NCBI GenBank assembly: GCA_951406725.2
Contig: OX597814.1
Location: 92,318,001-92,382,000 of the forward strand
DNA length: 64,000 bases
Reading direction: 5' to 3'
Source of the DNA: Octopus vulgaris
Taxonomy: Eukaryota
Part shown: piece after piece, positions 11,212 through 25,237 of the stretch
How the letters are laid out: every line of letters begins with the position of its first letter
How positions within the stretch are numbered: position 1 is the first letter of the stretch
The notes under the pieces: generated by a model
What the model saw: the letters and a program-made list of their open reading frames with translations, nothing else
Told to the model about the DNA's origin: nothing
Database searches by the model: none
Position numbers and translations under genes: made by a program

Positions 11212-13576
11212 GGGCGGACGGTGGTCAGCATGTGTAAAAGAACGTCAGAAGACATAGAAATTTATACACGGACAGAAGACCACTATGTGGACATCTTACA
11301 TGCTGAAAAGTGTAGTCAGATTCCAAGTTACAAAAAAAGCATTCTTATTTATGGCACATTGATTGTAAGCGAGCAGGACACCTGAGTGAATAAAAATTTT
11401 AGATAACAATGTACCTCGGATTTTCACCATTAATTAGTAAATAAATAAATTAATTACTCAGTTAATTAATCGATGATTTAACCATCTGTAGCTCGTCAGT
11501 AGAGTCGCTGGAAAATATATAATTATGAAACTCAAATACGTACCGAAAACACAAAGTAAACCCGTGCGTATTTAGTCCCATCTTTATACATCAAGAATTT
11601 AAATCGAATGTCCTCAGCCAACATACCGAGCCAGAATAGTACAGCAGTGAATAAATTCAACCGTGAATTAACTGGCCCAAGAAATGAAATATTTAAATAT
11701 ATAAATACAAAGATAAAAATTATTAAAAATAATAATTTATACCAGTGGTCAGCATTCGTAAAAAATGTCAGAAGGCATAAATATTTTTATAATATATATG
11801 AGTGTATAAATATTTATACACCGAGAGAAGACCACTATGTGGACTTCCTACATGCTGAAAAGAGCAGTCAGACCCTAAGCCACGTAAAAAGCATATAAGA
11901 AGTCCACACAGTGGTCTTCTCTCCATGTATAAATTTCTTATACACTCATGTATATCAGAATGCAAATTAACGTACAATGCTTTGTAACAAACTAATGAAA
12001 ATGAGTACAAAATGCACATTATAGAGTTTACGGTTCCTTCAAATTGAATGCTTAATTCGGGATTCATGTTTCAGATTGCTGCAGTTTTCAGGTGAGAACT
12101 CATACAGTTTGTGTAATCGTTAATGTGTATCAGCGTGTGTGGAAGGGTGTTTTTATTTGTATTCGCTTGTTTGTGTCTGTGTATTGTTCTGGTTTTACAT
12201 GTGTCGGTTGGTTGACTTATATTTTCTCACTTTATTGGGGACTCTGCTTCTTTGATTTTGTTTAGTTGTTTTTATAAAAATTTTCAAGAAAAATATTTTA
12301 GCGTGTGCGGTCATGCTTTCTACATTTCTCGGTGTTGTGCTGTATAGACACAGGTACACGGGAACGATTTTTTTTTTTTAAGCTGAATTTGAATTTTGTT
12401 TAATCAAGGCAAACCGTTTTAAAATCTTGTTTGTATATGTGTGTATATATGTGATCTTATTAGTAAGTACTACGTTTGGGTGATTTCGTGTCTTGTTTTG
12501 TTCGGAAGTTAACGAGAAAATGAGACTTTCTTATTAACCAAAAAACAAATAAGAGACGGAACTACATCAGAGTGCTGAAAACATTGCAAGAAACGTTACA
12601 AAACTAAGGAAAACACATTTGGAGCAAAGTAACAAAGTAGTGCATCAAGCGGTGAGGGGCAGTTTTCAAGAGGTTTTAAGAGATAAATGTGACAATATTT
12701 ATTAAAAGTGCCAAATTTACTTTCTGTTGCCTTTTAGTGAGCCAACGTTTTACCATACATATATACATACATACAATCTACTGAGAATCTCCCTTAAAAT
12801 AGGTGAGTTACAAAGTCCTAACAAAATATTCTTTGCTTTGCGTAAGACACGTATATTAATGTTTCTTATAGATTGTCCCCTTACAGACAATTTAAGTTTT
12901 AAAAAAAGCTTAGTCTTAGCAATGCAATCAAAACTAAAAATTTCAGTCTGAATATAATCAAATTTTATTGAAAAATTTATAACATATTTCTGTTTCAGTA
13001 TTATAAACGTTTTCCACCTTTCTTTGCTCTTTGTTCACAAAGGTACATTCATGTGTGTGTGTGTGGAGATGTTTGTGCGTGTGTGTGCGTGTGTATGTAT
13101 AATGCATGTACATATTGCACATACCGATACATATTCATAATATTATATTGCGATTAACAACCAAAAATAGTATTAAAGAGTAATCAAGATGAGCGTAAAG
13201 GAAGTGATACAGGCACCTGAGTAACATTACACATACATCCTAATTAAAATTAGGAGTTATGGACTTAGGAAGATGAAAAATTAAATGGATAAGGCACCGG
13301 GTGTAGTGTGGATACGAATAACCACTAATTATTCGAATATTGCTGGGGGCTCCAAGTATAAAATGTGTTTCATATCACAGTATATACAAATTACATTCTA
13401 CATTGGAATCTTTTTTCCACTCTAAACCTCAATTATTCTTGAGCAACTGCGATGGGTTGCTTCTTATTACTTTATTCACTAATTATTAGATTATTAGATT
13501 TGATTTACAATATCGTTTGTGTCATATATTAACAAAGCATCGTTAGCGTTAGTTTCGTAGTGGTATCTTTATCTGA

Positions 13577-13995
13577 AAGGCGGTGAGCTGGCAGAAACGT
13601 TAGCACGCCGCGCGAAATGCTTAGCGGTATTTTGTCTGCCGCTACGTTCTGAGTTCAAATTCCGTCAAGGTTGACTTTGTCTTTCATCCTTTCGGGTTCG
13701 ATTAAATAAGTACCAGTTACGCACTGGGGTCGATAGAATCGACTTAATCCGTTTGTCTGTCCTTGTTTGTCTCCTCTGTGTTTGACCCCTTGTGGGTAGT
13801 AAAGAAATAGATATTTTGTCTGCCGCTACGTTCTGAGTTCAAATTCCGCCGAGGTCGACTTTGCCTTTCATCCTTTTGGGGTCGATTAAATAAGTACCGT
13901 TACGCACTGTGGTCGATATAATCGACTTAATCCGTTTGTCTGTCCTTGTTTGTCCTCTCTGTGTTTAGCCCCTTGTGGGTAGTAAAGAAATAAGT
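13577..13995 (+). mobile_element. SINE family B, tandem (dimeric) copy
   Basis: ggcggtgagctggcagaaacgttagcacgcc...gagttcaaattcc...ctttcatcctttcggggtcgattaaataagtacc. The roughly 180-bp body is duplicated head-to-tail (13628-13810 and 13811-13993). Confidence 0.88.
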
Positions 13996-14811
13996 ATTTT
14001 TATCTGACATTGATTCGGATGAGACTGCCAAGCAGATTTTTTTTAATATAACTCCTCGCATATGTACATCTCTATTTTGCACGTGTGGAAGTAAATATTA
14101 TACATAACTTGAGAGTAACGATGAGAGGTAGGGTATTTTCTTGAGACAATTACCCCGAAATATCAACTAACTTGGATTGCACTCTCTATATAGAAAGTAT
14201 TTTATTCTTGATGCATTTAACTTTTTGTTTAATAATCAAGAATGTAGAGGCCTATACTATGCACCGATCTTGTAAGGATAACTGGATCAAAATCTTGAAC
14301 ATGACTTTGTTTGCATTTTCATTGCATTTCGTAATAAGGGTAAAACTAAAACTCAATCAGATTTAGATATCTATTAGATTCAGAATGTTATTTTTGTTTA
14401 ACTTCTATAAGGAATAAATATTTCATAATAATTACGAAGGCTACCTACAATCTTAAGTAGCTTTGCTTTGGGTCAATACTTCCAGATGATCGAATTATAT
14501 GTACAACATATATGTATAGTTATGTGAGCCTACATTTACATAAACCTCTTTCATTTCTTCATGAACGGGAATGTGTTGAATAAGACATAAGTTCTCTATG
14601 CGAACCTGTACACACATGTGGGTGAGTGCATGTGAGGACGTGTACGAGTTGCGCGTATGAATGCATGAGAGTATAAACATCTACATATTTGTTATGTCTG
14701 GCAGGTTTTATCTAAGTATGTGTATATGAAAACGTATGCGTTCACTTCGGTCTGCGCGAGTAGTGTGTGTATGTGTGTGTGTGTATTAATAAGTGTGTCT
14801 GTGAATCTATG

Positions 14812-15201
14812 ATTCTTTTCTACTCTAGGCACAAGGCCCGAAACTTTGGGGAGGTCAATTAGTCGACCCCAGTACGCAACTGGTACTTTATTTATCGACC
14901 CCGAAAGGATGAAAGCAAAGTCGACTTCGGCGGAATTTAAACTCAGAACGTAGCGGCAGACGAAATACCTATTTCTTTACAACCCACAAGGGGCTAAATG
15001 CAGAGAGGTCAAACAAGGACAGACAAACGGATTAAGTCGATTATATCGACCCCAGTGCGTAACTGGTACTTATTTAATCGACCCCGAAAGAATGAAAAGC
15101 AAAGTCGACCTCGTCGGAATTTGAACTCAGAATGTAGTTGCAGACGAAATACCGCTAAACATTTCGCCCGGCGAGCTAACGTTTCTCCTAGCTCGCTGCC
15201 T
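14812..15201 (-). mobile_element. SINE family B, composite copy
   Basis: Reverse complement of family B with a second partial body. Confidence 0.85.
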
Positions 15202-16236
15202 TCAGTCTATATGATTCTGCAGCATCAATGTACGTATGAATGCTTTGTGTAAATACCTTCACCCTTCGACCGTTGCCTCTCGATCCAATAACTTTTCCCT
15301 GTGCGGAGGAACATGCCTATGTGCAATTATACTCTTGCACGGCCGATATAAACGTGAATATGCGGGTGGGAAGTTTCTTTATGCATGAATAGCAGTGGGA
15401 TTACTTGTATGTGCATATAGGTTCGTCTACTCTTTAAGATTCTGCCATAATTATACGCTAGTTTAATTATAGTACTTACCTTGTTAGTGTACCGACAAAG
15501 CAAGGTGAGCCGACGTATGATGGTTATCTTTTCGGTCAATCTTTCCAATAATCCAAAAAAATTATGAAGACACTAACAAATTTTGAAAAAGTTATAACCT
15601 TCTATGAACTTTATTTGTTAATAAAGAATAAAATGTTTTGAATGACACAACAATGCACTATAATACAAACAATGGACTAAAATAACTGTTGTAATTTAAT
15701 TATCCATAGTCTGATATGATATTTCGGAATAAAAATTCCTTCTTCTGATGTCCCTAGGAATTGATGGAGTCGCTAACACCCATGCGGATTGATTAACAGA
15801 AATTTAGAATTACATATAAACATAACCACCGCATTAACACATTATTGTCACTGCGTTAGCTGACCGCCAAATTAGTATGGCAATATAAACATTAAGCCAC
15901 TATACATAGCTGGAGTCGTTGAAGTTGGAAAACCTACCAACGGCCTGCCTTAAACTTAGTTCGTACTATTTACCATATGCCTATTTTAATCTTTATTCAA
16001 TCTTAATTTTGGTATATATTTACAGAGTAAGAACCGAAATCAATGATAAAATCTTAATACAACTACATCTAACATACATTGCACAACAAAGAAAGGGTAA
16101 AGTGAAATTGCAACAATAAAGATTTTTAATAACATTATGCAGGTGTTTAATAAAATGAATATGTTTTACATTTTTACACACCATGTATCGATTCCAATTT
16201 GTATAATGGATGGCTTCACTTGGCTTGAATCAAGTT

Positions 16237-16295
<59 letters not shown>

Positions 16296-16344
16296 ATATA
16301 TGTATATATACATATATATATACACATATATATACGCATACATA

Positions 16345-16411
<67 letters not shown>

Positions 16412-16470
16412 TATTCATATATATATACATCATAGAATAATATGTGTGTGTAGATAGATAGATAGGTAGA

Positions 16471-16501
<31 letters not shown>

Positions 16502-16649
16502 GCAAACAGACAGACAGGCAAACAGACAGAGAGACAGACAGACAGACAAGAAGGTAGATTAGGAGTGAGAGAGAGACAGAGAGGGATTTATAGTAGAGAT
16601 CATGAGAATCGCCATTTCCCTGCTAGCTATTAAAAATTGGGAAGAATAT

Positions 16650-16731
16650 TTTATTCAAGTTCATTTTCCAGTTATTTTGATTCGAGATTGGATTCATTGG
16701 AATACGATTTAATGCTACCGATAAGTTTATT
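16650..16731 (-). promoter_or_regulatory. Candidate poly(A) signals (AATAAA at 16731-16726 and 16655-16650) of the dipeptidase 3' UTR
   Basis: Two AATAAA hexamers about 245 and 320 nt after the stop codon. The hexamer is common in AT-rich DNA. Confidence 0.35.
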
Positions 16732-16974
16732 CGATGAAGTATAAATGGTTAAATATCTGTTTTACTTCAAATAGTTGCCTTATACCTTATAGTTAACGAT
16801 TACGTATTACGAAGAAGTGACGAAATCTTAATGAAGCGTTAATTTGTAATTTTCATTATTGGATGTGGCTGTAATTTATAATTGTTATAACTATATATCA
16901 AAATATGAATTAGACTTTAAAATTATTATCTTTAACAATTGCTGACGTAGTTTAAACAAAAATCTGGAGTATTA

Positions 16975-17064
16975 TTAAAACTTCTTGTGGCAAGATGAAT
17001 TTCCTCGCTCAGAATCAGGAATCCTGGCCTCACTTGGAGCCTCGTCTTTCATGTTGTCACGTAC
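16975..17064 (-). CDS. DPEP1: DPEP1-like terminal coding exon (29 aa plus TAA)
   Basis: ttttttcag| acceptor in phase 0. Translates VRDNMKDEAPSEARIPDSERGNSSCHKKF*, fitting the VRD..(P.E..IP)...N.(S/T)C pattern of invertebrate M19 C-termini, including the interchain Cys. It follows a 20.7 kb intron. Confidence 0.85.
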   Translation of the reverse strand, partial: VRDNMKDEAPSEARIPDSERGNSSCHKKF

Positions 17065-17139
17065 CTGAAAAAACAAAATAATAATAAACGTACATAGGAT
17101 TATATGTATGTGTATAAATGCACACATTCTATGTATGCA

Positions 17140-17470
17140 TTGACCCCCTTCGGTCATGAATGACCATCAGTTTGCATCTAGAAAGTTCCCCTCCGAGGCA
17201 CAAATCCGGGCAAGGTTGTTTATGGAAGACCAGCAGTCACCCATGCATACCATGCTACCCCGCTTCACCCCACCGATGTTATCCAACGGAAAGGCAAAGG
17301 CCGACATAGCTTGGCACAGGTGATGTTACAACTCATTTCTATTGTTGAGTGAATTGGAGCAGCGTGTAAAATAAAGTCTTGCTCAAGAACACAATACACC
17401 GTCCGGTCTTAGAATTAAACTCACTAACTCGTGGTGATTGTGAGTCCGACGATCTAACCACCCAGCCATG
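17140..17470 (-). mobile_element. Probable SINE (fourth family) about 75 nt upstream of the last DPEP acceptor
   Basis: tRNA-like head (tggctgggtggttagatcgtcggactc...gagtttaattc) followed by ttgtgttcttgagcaagac and a GC-richer LINE-like tail. Confidence 0.6.
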
Positions 17471-18014
17471 CATCTTGAAACCCACCCAAAAAACGAAAAC
17501 AATGTTTTCTAAACAAAAATCCCCCAAAAAACATCTGTTTTGTACAAATAAACAAGCTGTTTGTACATTCACAAAATTGTTATTGACAAGTTCCAGAAAA
17601 GAACGAAAGCGCTAATAATTATGAAGAAATAAAAAAAATTATTTTTCAAAAGTTCTGACGACTTTTTTCTCAATATATATATAATGATATATCAGAATAT
17701 ATCAAAATAATATATATGTGCCTTCATGTATATATATATATATATATATCGGCGTTCATGAAATAGAATTTTTATAGGTGACATTAAGAACATATATTAC
17801 CCACATTCGACATTAAGATGTATTACTCCCAAGGCAAACAAAGCAAAATATACATTTAATAATTTAAATAATTTCATGAAATTATACATAGGGTCCAATT
17901 AGTCTTTAAAATAGTGGCAAACATATTTATGTATACATGTGCGTATGTATACACTTATATTCACACTCATATATATATACCTACATGCATAAATATATGC
18001 ACGCACACCCACAT

Positions 18015-18067
<53 letters not shown>

Positions 18068-18912
18068 TAGATAGATAGATAGATAGATATATGTACACAC
18101 GCACATACATAAATGTGTGCGTATGTGTGTCATTATTCAGCTTTATTTCAATATTTCTTGCCAATAGAGAAAGAGCCGGTTTCTATGTATGTATGTATGT
18201 ATGTATGTATGTATGTATGTATGTATGTATATTTAAAAGATGCGAAGTATATGAATTCTAGTAATTAATCAAAAGCCTGAAACAGTGAATGCCGAACATT
18301 GCAAGTAATTAATCTATAGAAATTTGCCTCTTAGCTAGTAAAGAAGAGGAAATTCCTCGCAGCAATTGTTGAGACACTCTAAAAGTTAAAAAAAAAAAAG
18401 AAACGAGATGATTATTAAAAATTAAGAATAAGTCTCCCAATTTAAAGGCAGTCTGATCATTCAGTCTACATATATGAGTATGTGCCTATGTATATATATA
18501 AATACTTGTACATCTGGGTGTGCGTGTGCCAAACCGCCGCTAAATACGCCGGCCCAGTTATCTGTAACCGACTCTTGACTGGCTGCGCAACAGGGAGACA
18601 AGATACAGTTCATTTATCTGCCTCTTATGACCATATTCACTGACATCTCCTTAAAGGCGCGATCGAGTGGGGGGGTACGTCTATATATGTGTTCATGGCA
18701 ACATGTGTATACCTATCCTTCTTCATTTTATGTTATAATTCGTATCCTTTGTCATGTTTTATTCTCAATCTTTTATTGCATTACCTTATGCTAGGTATTC
18801 ACTGTGAACTACAGCTAGATCCCTCTACCGGTGATAACCCCGAAATTGTTTCCATCCTGTCAGCACAGCCGACATCCTACGGGCCGCCACAACATGCCAA
18901 ACGAAACTTAGT

Positions 18913-19315
18913 ATGCGTGACTGTGTGGTAAGAAGCTTGCTTCCCAACCACAAGGTTCTGGGTCCAATCCTATTGCGTGGCACCTTGGACAAGTATCTTC
19001 TACTATAGACTCGGGCCGACCAAAGACTTGTGAGTGGATTTGGTACGCGGAAACTGAAAGAAGCCCGTCGTGTATATATATAGATATAGATAGATAGATA
19101 GATAGAGAGGGAGAGTTGTTTGTTCCACTCCCTGCCACCATCCCTTGACAACTGATGTTGGTGCATTTACGTCTCTCCGGCAAAAGAGACCGATAGAAAA
19201 AGTACTAGATTTACAAAGAATAAGTCCTGAGTTCGAATTGTTCAACTAAAAGCGGTGCTCCACCATAGCCAAGGTCAAAAGTTTGATACAAGTAAAAGAA
19301 TAAAAGAATAAAAGA
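18913..19315 (+). mobile_element. SINE family A copy
   Basis: Aligns by eye to 8231-8633 throughout. Confidence 0.85.
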
Positions 19316-20222
19316 ATATGTAGCGAAGTATCGTATTTAAACGAGGACACCTGACGAGACGCAGCCTACATTGATGGATGCAACACAACCAGCTGTGCAA
19401 CACCCCACCCGTAAGGAACAGGGGCAGGATGTGTCGAAACGATCTTTGTATTGAATAAAGATTCCCTCATTCATTATAAATTCAACGAACACTACAGAAT
19501 TCCTGACGGAGATCCAGTGGGGATTTTTTTGTTTTGTTTTTGTAGAAGAAAGCCTAATACTTATTCTAACGGCCAGTTTTGCTAACTACTAATTACAGGG
19601 AAGGAAACACACCAACATCGGTTGTCCAACAATAGTGGGCGAGGTGCAAACACAGACATACAGGCATATTCACATAAATACATACATACATATATATAAA
19701 TATATATATATACATACATACACATATATATATACAAAATTTAGAGGATTTACCACTAAAAGTGGACTGCCTGTATGCTGGATATAGACGTCAAAATCGC
19801 CATTTTCCACGGAGAATGTGTACTCAAGAAAAAATTCAGCAAAAATCAAAGCGTAAAAATAAGCAAGACAAATGAAAATATACGAAATAAAAAACTACTG
19901 CTGTAGTTTATTAACTGCAGGGAAATTTCCGATATCAGCGCGCCAAAGTGAAGGCATTTGAAAGATACACATAAATATAATTGTAGAACTTTATACAATG
20001 CTGAATTTGTGTTTCGTAAACGACAGACTATGCTGATGATCTTGCAGATGTTTATGTATTCATATACGTAAATTATTAACAAGTGAAACTAATTAATACG
20101 TAGGTAATGGTTTTTTTATTTCGTATATTTTCTTGACTGCAGAGGATATTTTTTCTCTTATAAAGTAATTTAGCATTCTGTACTAGGAATAATGTTTATA
20201 TAAGAATATAAAAATTAGAACA

Positions 20223-20270
<48 letters not shown>

Positions 20271-21757
20271 ATGTATGTGTGCATGTGCACATGTATGTCT
20301 GTGTATATATGTTTATATCTTTATGTATGTATAGGTGTCTGTATCTGTGTATAGTTGTATGTGTATATGTATACGTATTTGTATGTGTGTATATATATGT
20401 GTGTCTGTGTGTGTGCATTTAATTTGTACACACGTGTTACATAATGAATAAATGAAGTGAAGAATGTACCAATAAATCTCCCATAATTTATAATGTGATA
20501 GTATTACTTAATGTAATTGCATTGAGGCCAAGTTATTCATTATTATAATATGTTTAATCTAACTAAATTTTCATTGTTTTAGGCAAGATACATCTTTGCT
20601 TTTATACTGAATAGTTTGTAAATTTCTTGTATTGTAATTAAAGGTTTGTCATTTTGAATAGAATATTAATGTGGATTTCTTTATGATATTTCGTATTAAG
20701 TACTAATGTTTCCAAATCTCTCAGAGCGATTTATACAGTAGCGGCAAGATAAAGTGATGGTGTGTTGTCAACATAATGTAACAGTCCCATGAAAGGGAAA
20801 AATGCTACTGCTATTAAGTCCTAGGAAACACCGTTTCCTGTTGGCAATGACACATTTTCTGTGTCGTTATTTGTATTGACTGTAAAATATATCATTATAT
20901 TCGTAGTAAAATGTTAATAAGAAATTTTAAGTACACTACCTTCGTTATACTAAATAATTATACATTTATAAATGTATACATTGAATTTATTAGTTAATGG
21001 TAATAATAATAATAGATGAATAATTTCAAATGATGCTATATTGGGATCAAAAACTTTTATATTCCATGTACGTAATTCCGGCTATTTTTCTGTAGGTACT
21101 TAATTTATGTATATTTAAGCTCTGATTTGCAGAGTTATTTCTTCTTCTAATAAACTAAGTAATTTAGTAATTTGTACTAGGAATAATGGTTATATAAATA
21201 CAAATAAATAAAATAACAATTATTATATATAATTATATCTTTTTAAATAATCGTACATATATGTACCCTTTATGGTACCTATTTTGTTATTTTATAATAT
21301 GGTGTACATTCGAGTTTGTATACATAAAATAAATGATAGCATAATATAACTATTGCCGTACTCTAGTTTCGTTCCTTCTGAAAATCTTAGTAAAATTATG
21401 ATATATTCTTTATTTATAGGTTGTTTTTCTCATTATCTAAGAAATAATATAGTTTACAATTATTGTAACTCTATGTTTTTGTTTATTTTATTTACGAGGG
21501 ATTTTCCTCTGATAAACTACGTAAATTGGGACTTTATACTTGTTAGATACTTAGAATAATGTTTATATCAGTAACAAATAATGAGAGTATGTATTTTAGT
21601 ATCATCCGTATTTGAATGTTCTTGTAGCACATATAAATATGTAGTCGATACACTAACAATAAGTTCTTTGAACGTGTAAAGGTATATAAATCTATAGAAT
21701 AAAAATATTGCATTAATATAAGTTATTTCCATCTCTAAAACTAAGTAAAACTCTTAT

Positions 21758-21796
<39 letters not shown>

Positions 21797-21805
<9 letters not shown>

Positions 21806-21848
21806 GCAAGATTTTTTATGTGAAATCGTGTGTTATAAATCCAACAAG

Positions 21849-21880
<32 letters not shown>

Positions 21881-23012
21881 TGTTATTATCATTATTATTA
21901 TTATTATTATTATTAGCATTAAAATGGCCCGTGATTATTCCGATTTAAATACATTTATATTAATATTATTGGAGATATATAGAAACATTTTATGATCGTT
22001 GTAAATTTTCTTTAGTTAATCATTTCATCCATTTGAATTTTGCTCTTGTTTTATTGTACTTATTATGTGTTTGAATTATTAACGCTTACACTCCTAAGCA
22101 TACGTATATTGAATCAGTATTTGCAATTTGACAGTCATGGAATTCTGTCTGTCTTTTTGAACGAAGGCCCAGAATAGGCTTGTATACATAGATAGGAATT
22201 TCTTATAAATCAACTAATATAAGTCGGAACAAATTGTTGGCTTGAATTTTTTTTTTAATTTGTTATGTTATGTTATATCAATTTTTTATAATATACTAAA
22301 TTATATTCTAACGTAAATAAATTGTTAGTTTGTCAATTGTATTTCTCTATTTCCTTTAATATTTGTATTTTGTATTTTATACACCGTTTTCTGTGGTATT
22401 CAACTGCTGTACCAATGAATTGGATGTTTTACATCCCTTTGAAGGAATTGTTTTTTCTTCGTTTGCTTTATACATACATACATACATATATATAATTACA
22501 TATATATATATATATACGTTTAAATATTTGTTGTGCAAGATTTTTTTTTATGTGAAGTCGTGTGTTGAAACAGATATTGTTATATTTCGGAATGGTCATA
22601 TTGCCAGTTTAGCCAATAAAAACACACGCACTATATATTTGGTGTTATTTTGCTTCAGTGTTATTTATTTTTTACATTAATTTTAATCTTATTTCGACAA
22701 GAGTTCTTTCGTCACACTCCTGTGACCGCATCAGTATTTGCAATTTGGCAGTCCTTTACATGGAATTCTGTCTGTCTTTTTGAACGAAGGCCCAGAATAG
22801 GCTTGTATACATAGATAGGAAGTTCTTATAAATCAACTAATATAAGTCGGAACAAATTGTTGGCTTGAATTTTTTTTTTAATTTGTTATGTTATGTTATA
22901 TCATATATTAAGATTAATGTAAAAAATAAATAACACTGAAGCAACATGACACCAAATATATAGCGCGTGTGTTTTTATTGGCTAAACTGGCAATATGACC
23001 ATTCCGAAATAT

Positions 23013-23020
<8 letters not shown>
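21797..23020 (-). mobile_element. pLTR-like non-coding element with direct and inverted duplications and a hammerhead-like motif
   Basis: 22113-22280 is repeated at 22730-22903 and 21797-21850 at 22525-22578. 22580-22690 is inverted at 22906-23018. (TA)n lies at both ends. Confidence 0.7.
22698..22740 (-). ncRNA. Hammerhead-like motif, variant or degenerate core
   Basis: CAAAUA-CUGAUGCG-GUCACA(GGAG)UGUGAC-GAAAGAACUC-UUG: perfect 6-bp stem II and GAAA, but A9 is altered and stem I is weak. Confidence 0.5.
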
Positions 23021-23057
<37 letters not shown>

Positions 23058-23453
23058 CATACATATTATTGTTCTTTCTTACGAAAAATATGGAACTGCT
23101 TAAGAAGCGCTCGGGTCGACCCGAGACTCAAGGTAAGAACTCAAATTAGGCTATCATACTCAGTTATAAATTCGCCTTAAAATACGTATACATATATTAA
23201 TACATATCGACATATGAATATTTTCTAAAATATTTATAAAATATAAATATATATATATATATATAAATATACATAAAAATACATGTAAATAAAACCCATT
23301 TAGTATACGTATGGAAGGAAGTGTGAAAGAACTGATTTTAAAAATTGTACTAAAATTAAGAGCGTTTAAGAGTTTCAATTAAAAGATCCAAAATTTGATC
23401 AGTTCTCTTTTTCTCATCTTTCTATACGTATCCCACATGAGTTTTTTTATATG

Positions 23454-23484
<31 letters not shown>

Positions 23485-23696
23485 TTGTATTTTATAAATA
23501 TTTTTTTAAATATTCATATGTGTCGATATGTATTACTATATGTATACGTATTGTAAGTCGAATTTATGAGTATGATTGCCTAATTTGAGTTTTTGCCTTA
23601 ATTCTTATACACATATGAATATGTACGTAAATATATATATATATATATATATATTTAAAAATTGAGGGAGATAAATTGATATTAATTTTAATATCA

Positions 23697-23733
<37 letters not shown>

Positions 23734-23938
23734 CACATATATATATATATATATATGGGGGTGTATGGGTGTATGTGTGTATCTTTATACTTCTACCTAA
23801 CTATTTTATAAATGATTTGGTGCCATTAGCAACTGCTATCCATCTTTTAATTCATTTTCTCTCTCTCTCTCTCTCTAGACAGAAAGAAAGACATTGAGAG
23901 GAGGGAGGGAAATTCAGACAGTCAAAGAGACACACACA

Positions 23939-23984
<46 letters not shown>

Positions 23985-24609
23985 CATAAATACATACATA
24001 CATACATACATACATACATACATACATACATACATACATACATACATACATACATACATACATACATACATACATACATACATACATACATACAGATAGA
24101 CAGACAGATATATTAATCTTCGGATATTTTATCTTACAAAATAGCTATTTATTTCGGCTAACGATTCTTCGTATTATAGCAAAAACAGAGGGTATTGAAG
24201 ATAAGTGAAACTTAATAACAGAGAAATGAACACAAATCAAGATTTTCAAAATACATAAAGGAAGGAAAAGAGAAAAGAATTTATAGATTATTAAGTCATT
24301 TGTGTAAGAGTAGAAAATAAAATTACATCTTTATTTTTTATTCATTCAAGAAAATCGATGTTTTCCCATTAAATTTAAAATAGCTTAATCAAAGCGACAA
24401 AGAATGGATTTAGACAAGATTAAAGTCTGAAAAAATAATGCTACTATGGCTAAAGCTGAAACTATGAAAATTAACGTAAGAAGAGCCTCAAATATGCAAG
24501 AAAATATGCACACACTCAGAAAGGCACACGTGCCGACATACTTTGCAACGTTTACAGAATGAAACTTCAGACATTGTATATATGCAGGTAAGTGTAAGAA
24601 AGCACATGT

Positions 24610-24691
<82 letters not shown>

Positions 24692-24778
24692 TGATTGATT
24701 GATTGATTGATAGATGAATACGTACATAAAGGCATACATATATACGTTCACACATAGATGCACATCTCTAAGTGCTTT

Positions 24779-24827
<49 letters not shown>

Positions 24828-25072
24828 TGTGTGTGTGTGTGTCTGTATCCTTTACATCTCAACCGGCTTTAGTCGTTATACTGCGGCTATGCTGGAGCAC
24901 CACATTGAAAGAGTGGATCGACGCCGGTATTCGTTTACCCAAGCCTGGTACTTATTTTAGTGATGTTATGGAGAAGTAAACACACCAACACCGCTTGTCA
25001 AGAGGTATTGGAAGCAAACACAGACACAAAAACACAAACACATACACATATTTATACATACATATATATATG

Positions 25073-25194
<122 letters not shown>

Positions 25195-25237
25195 ACATAT
25201 ATACATATATATATACACACATATATATACATACATA

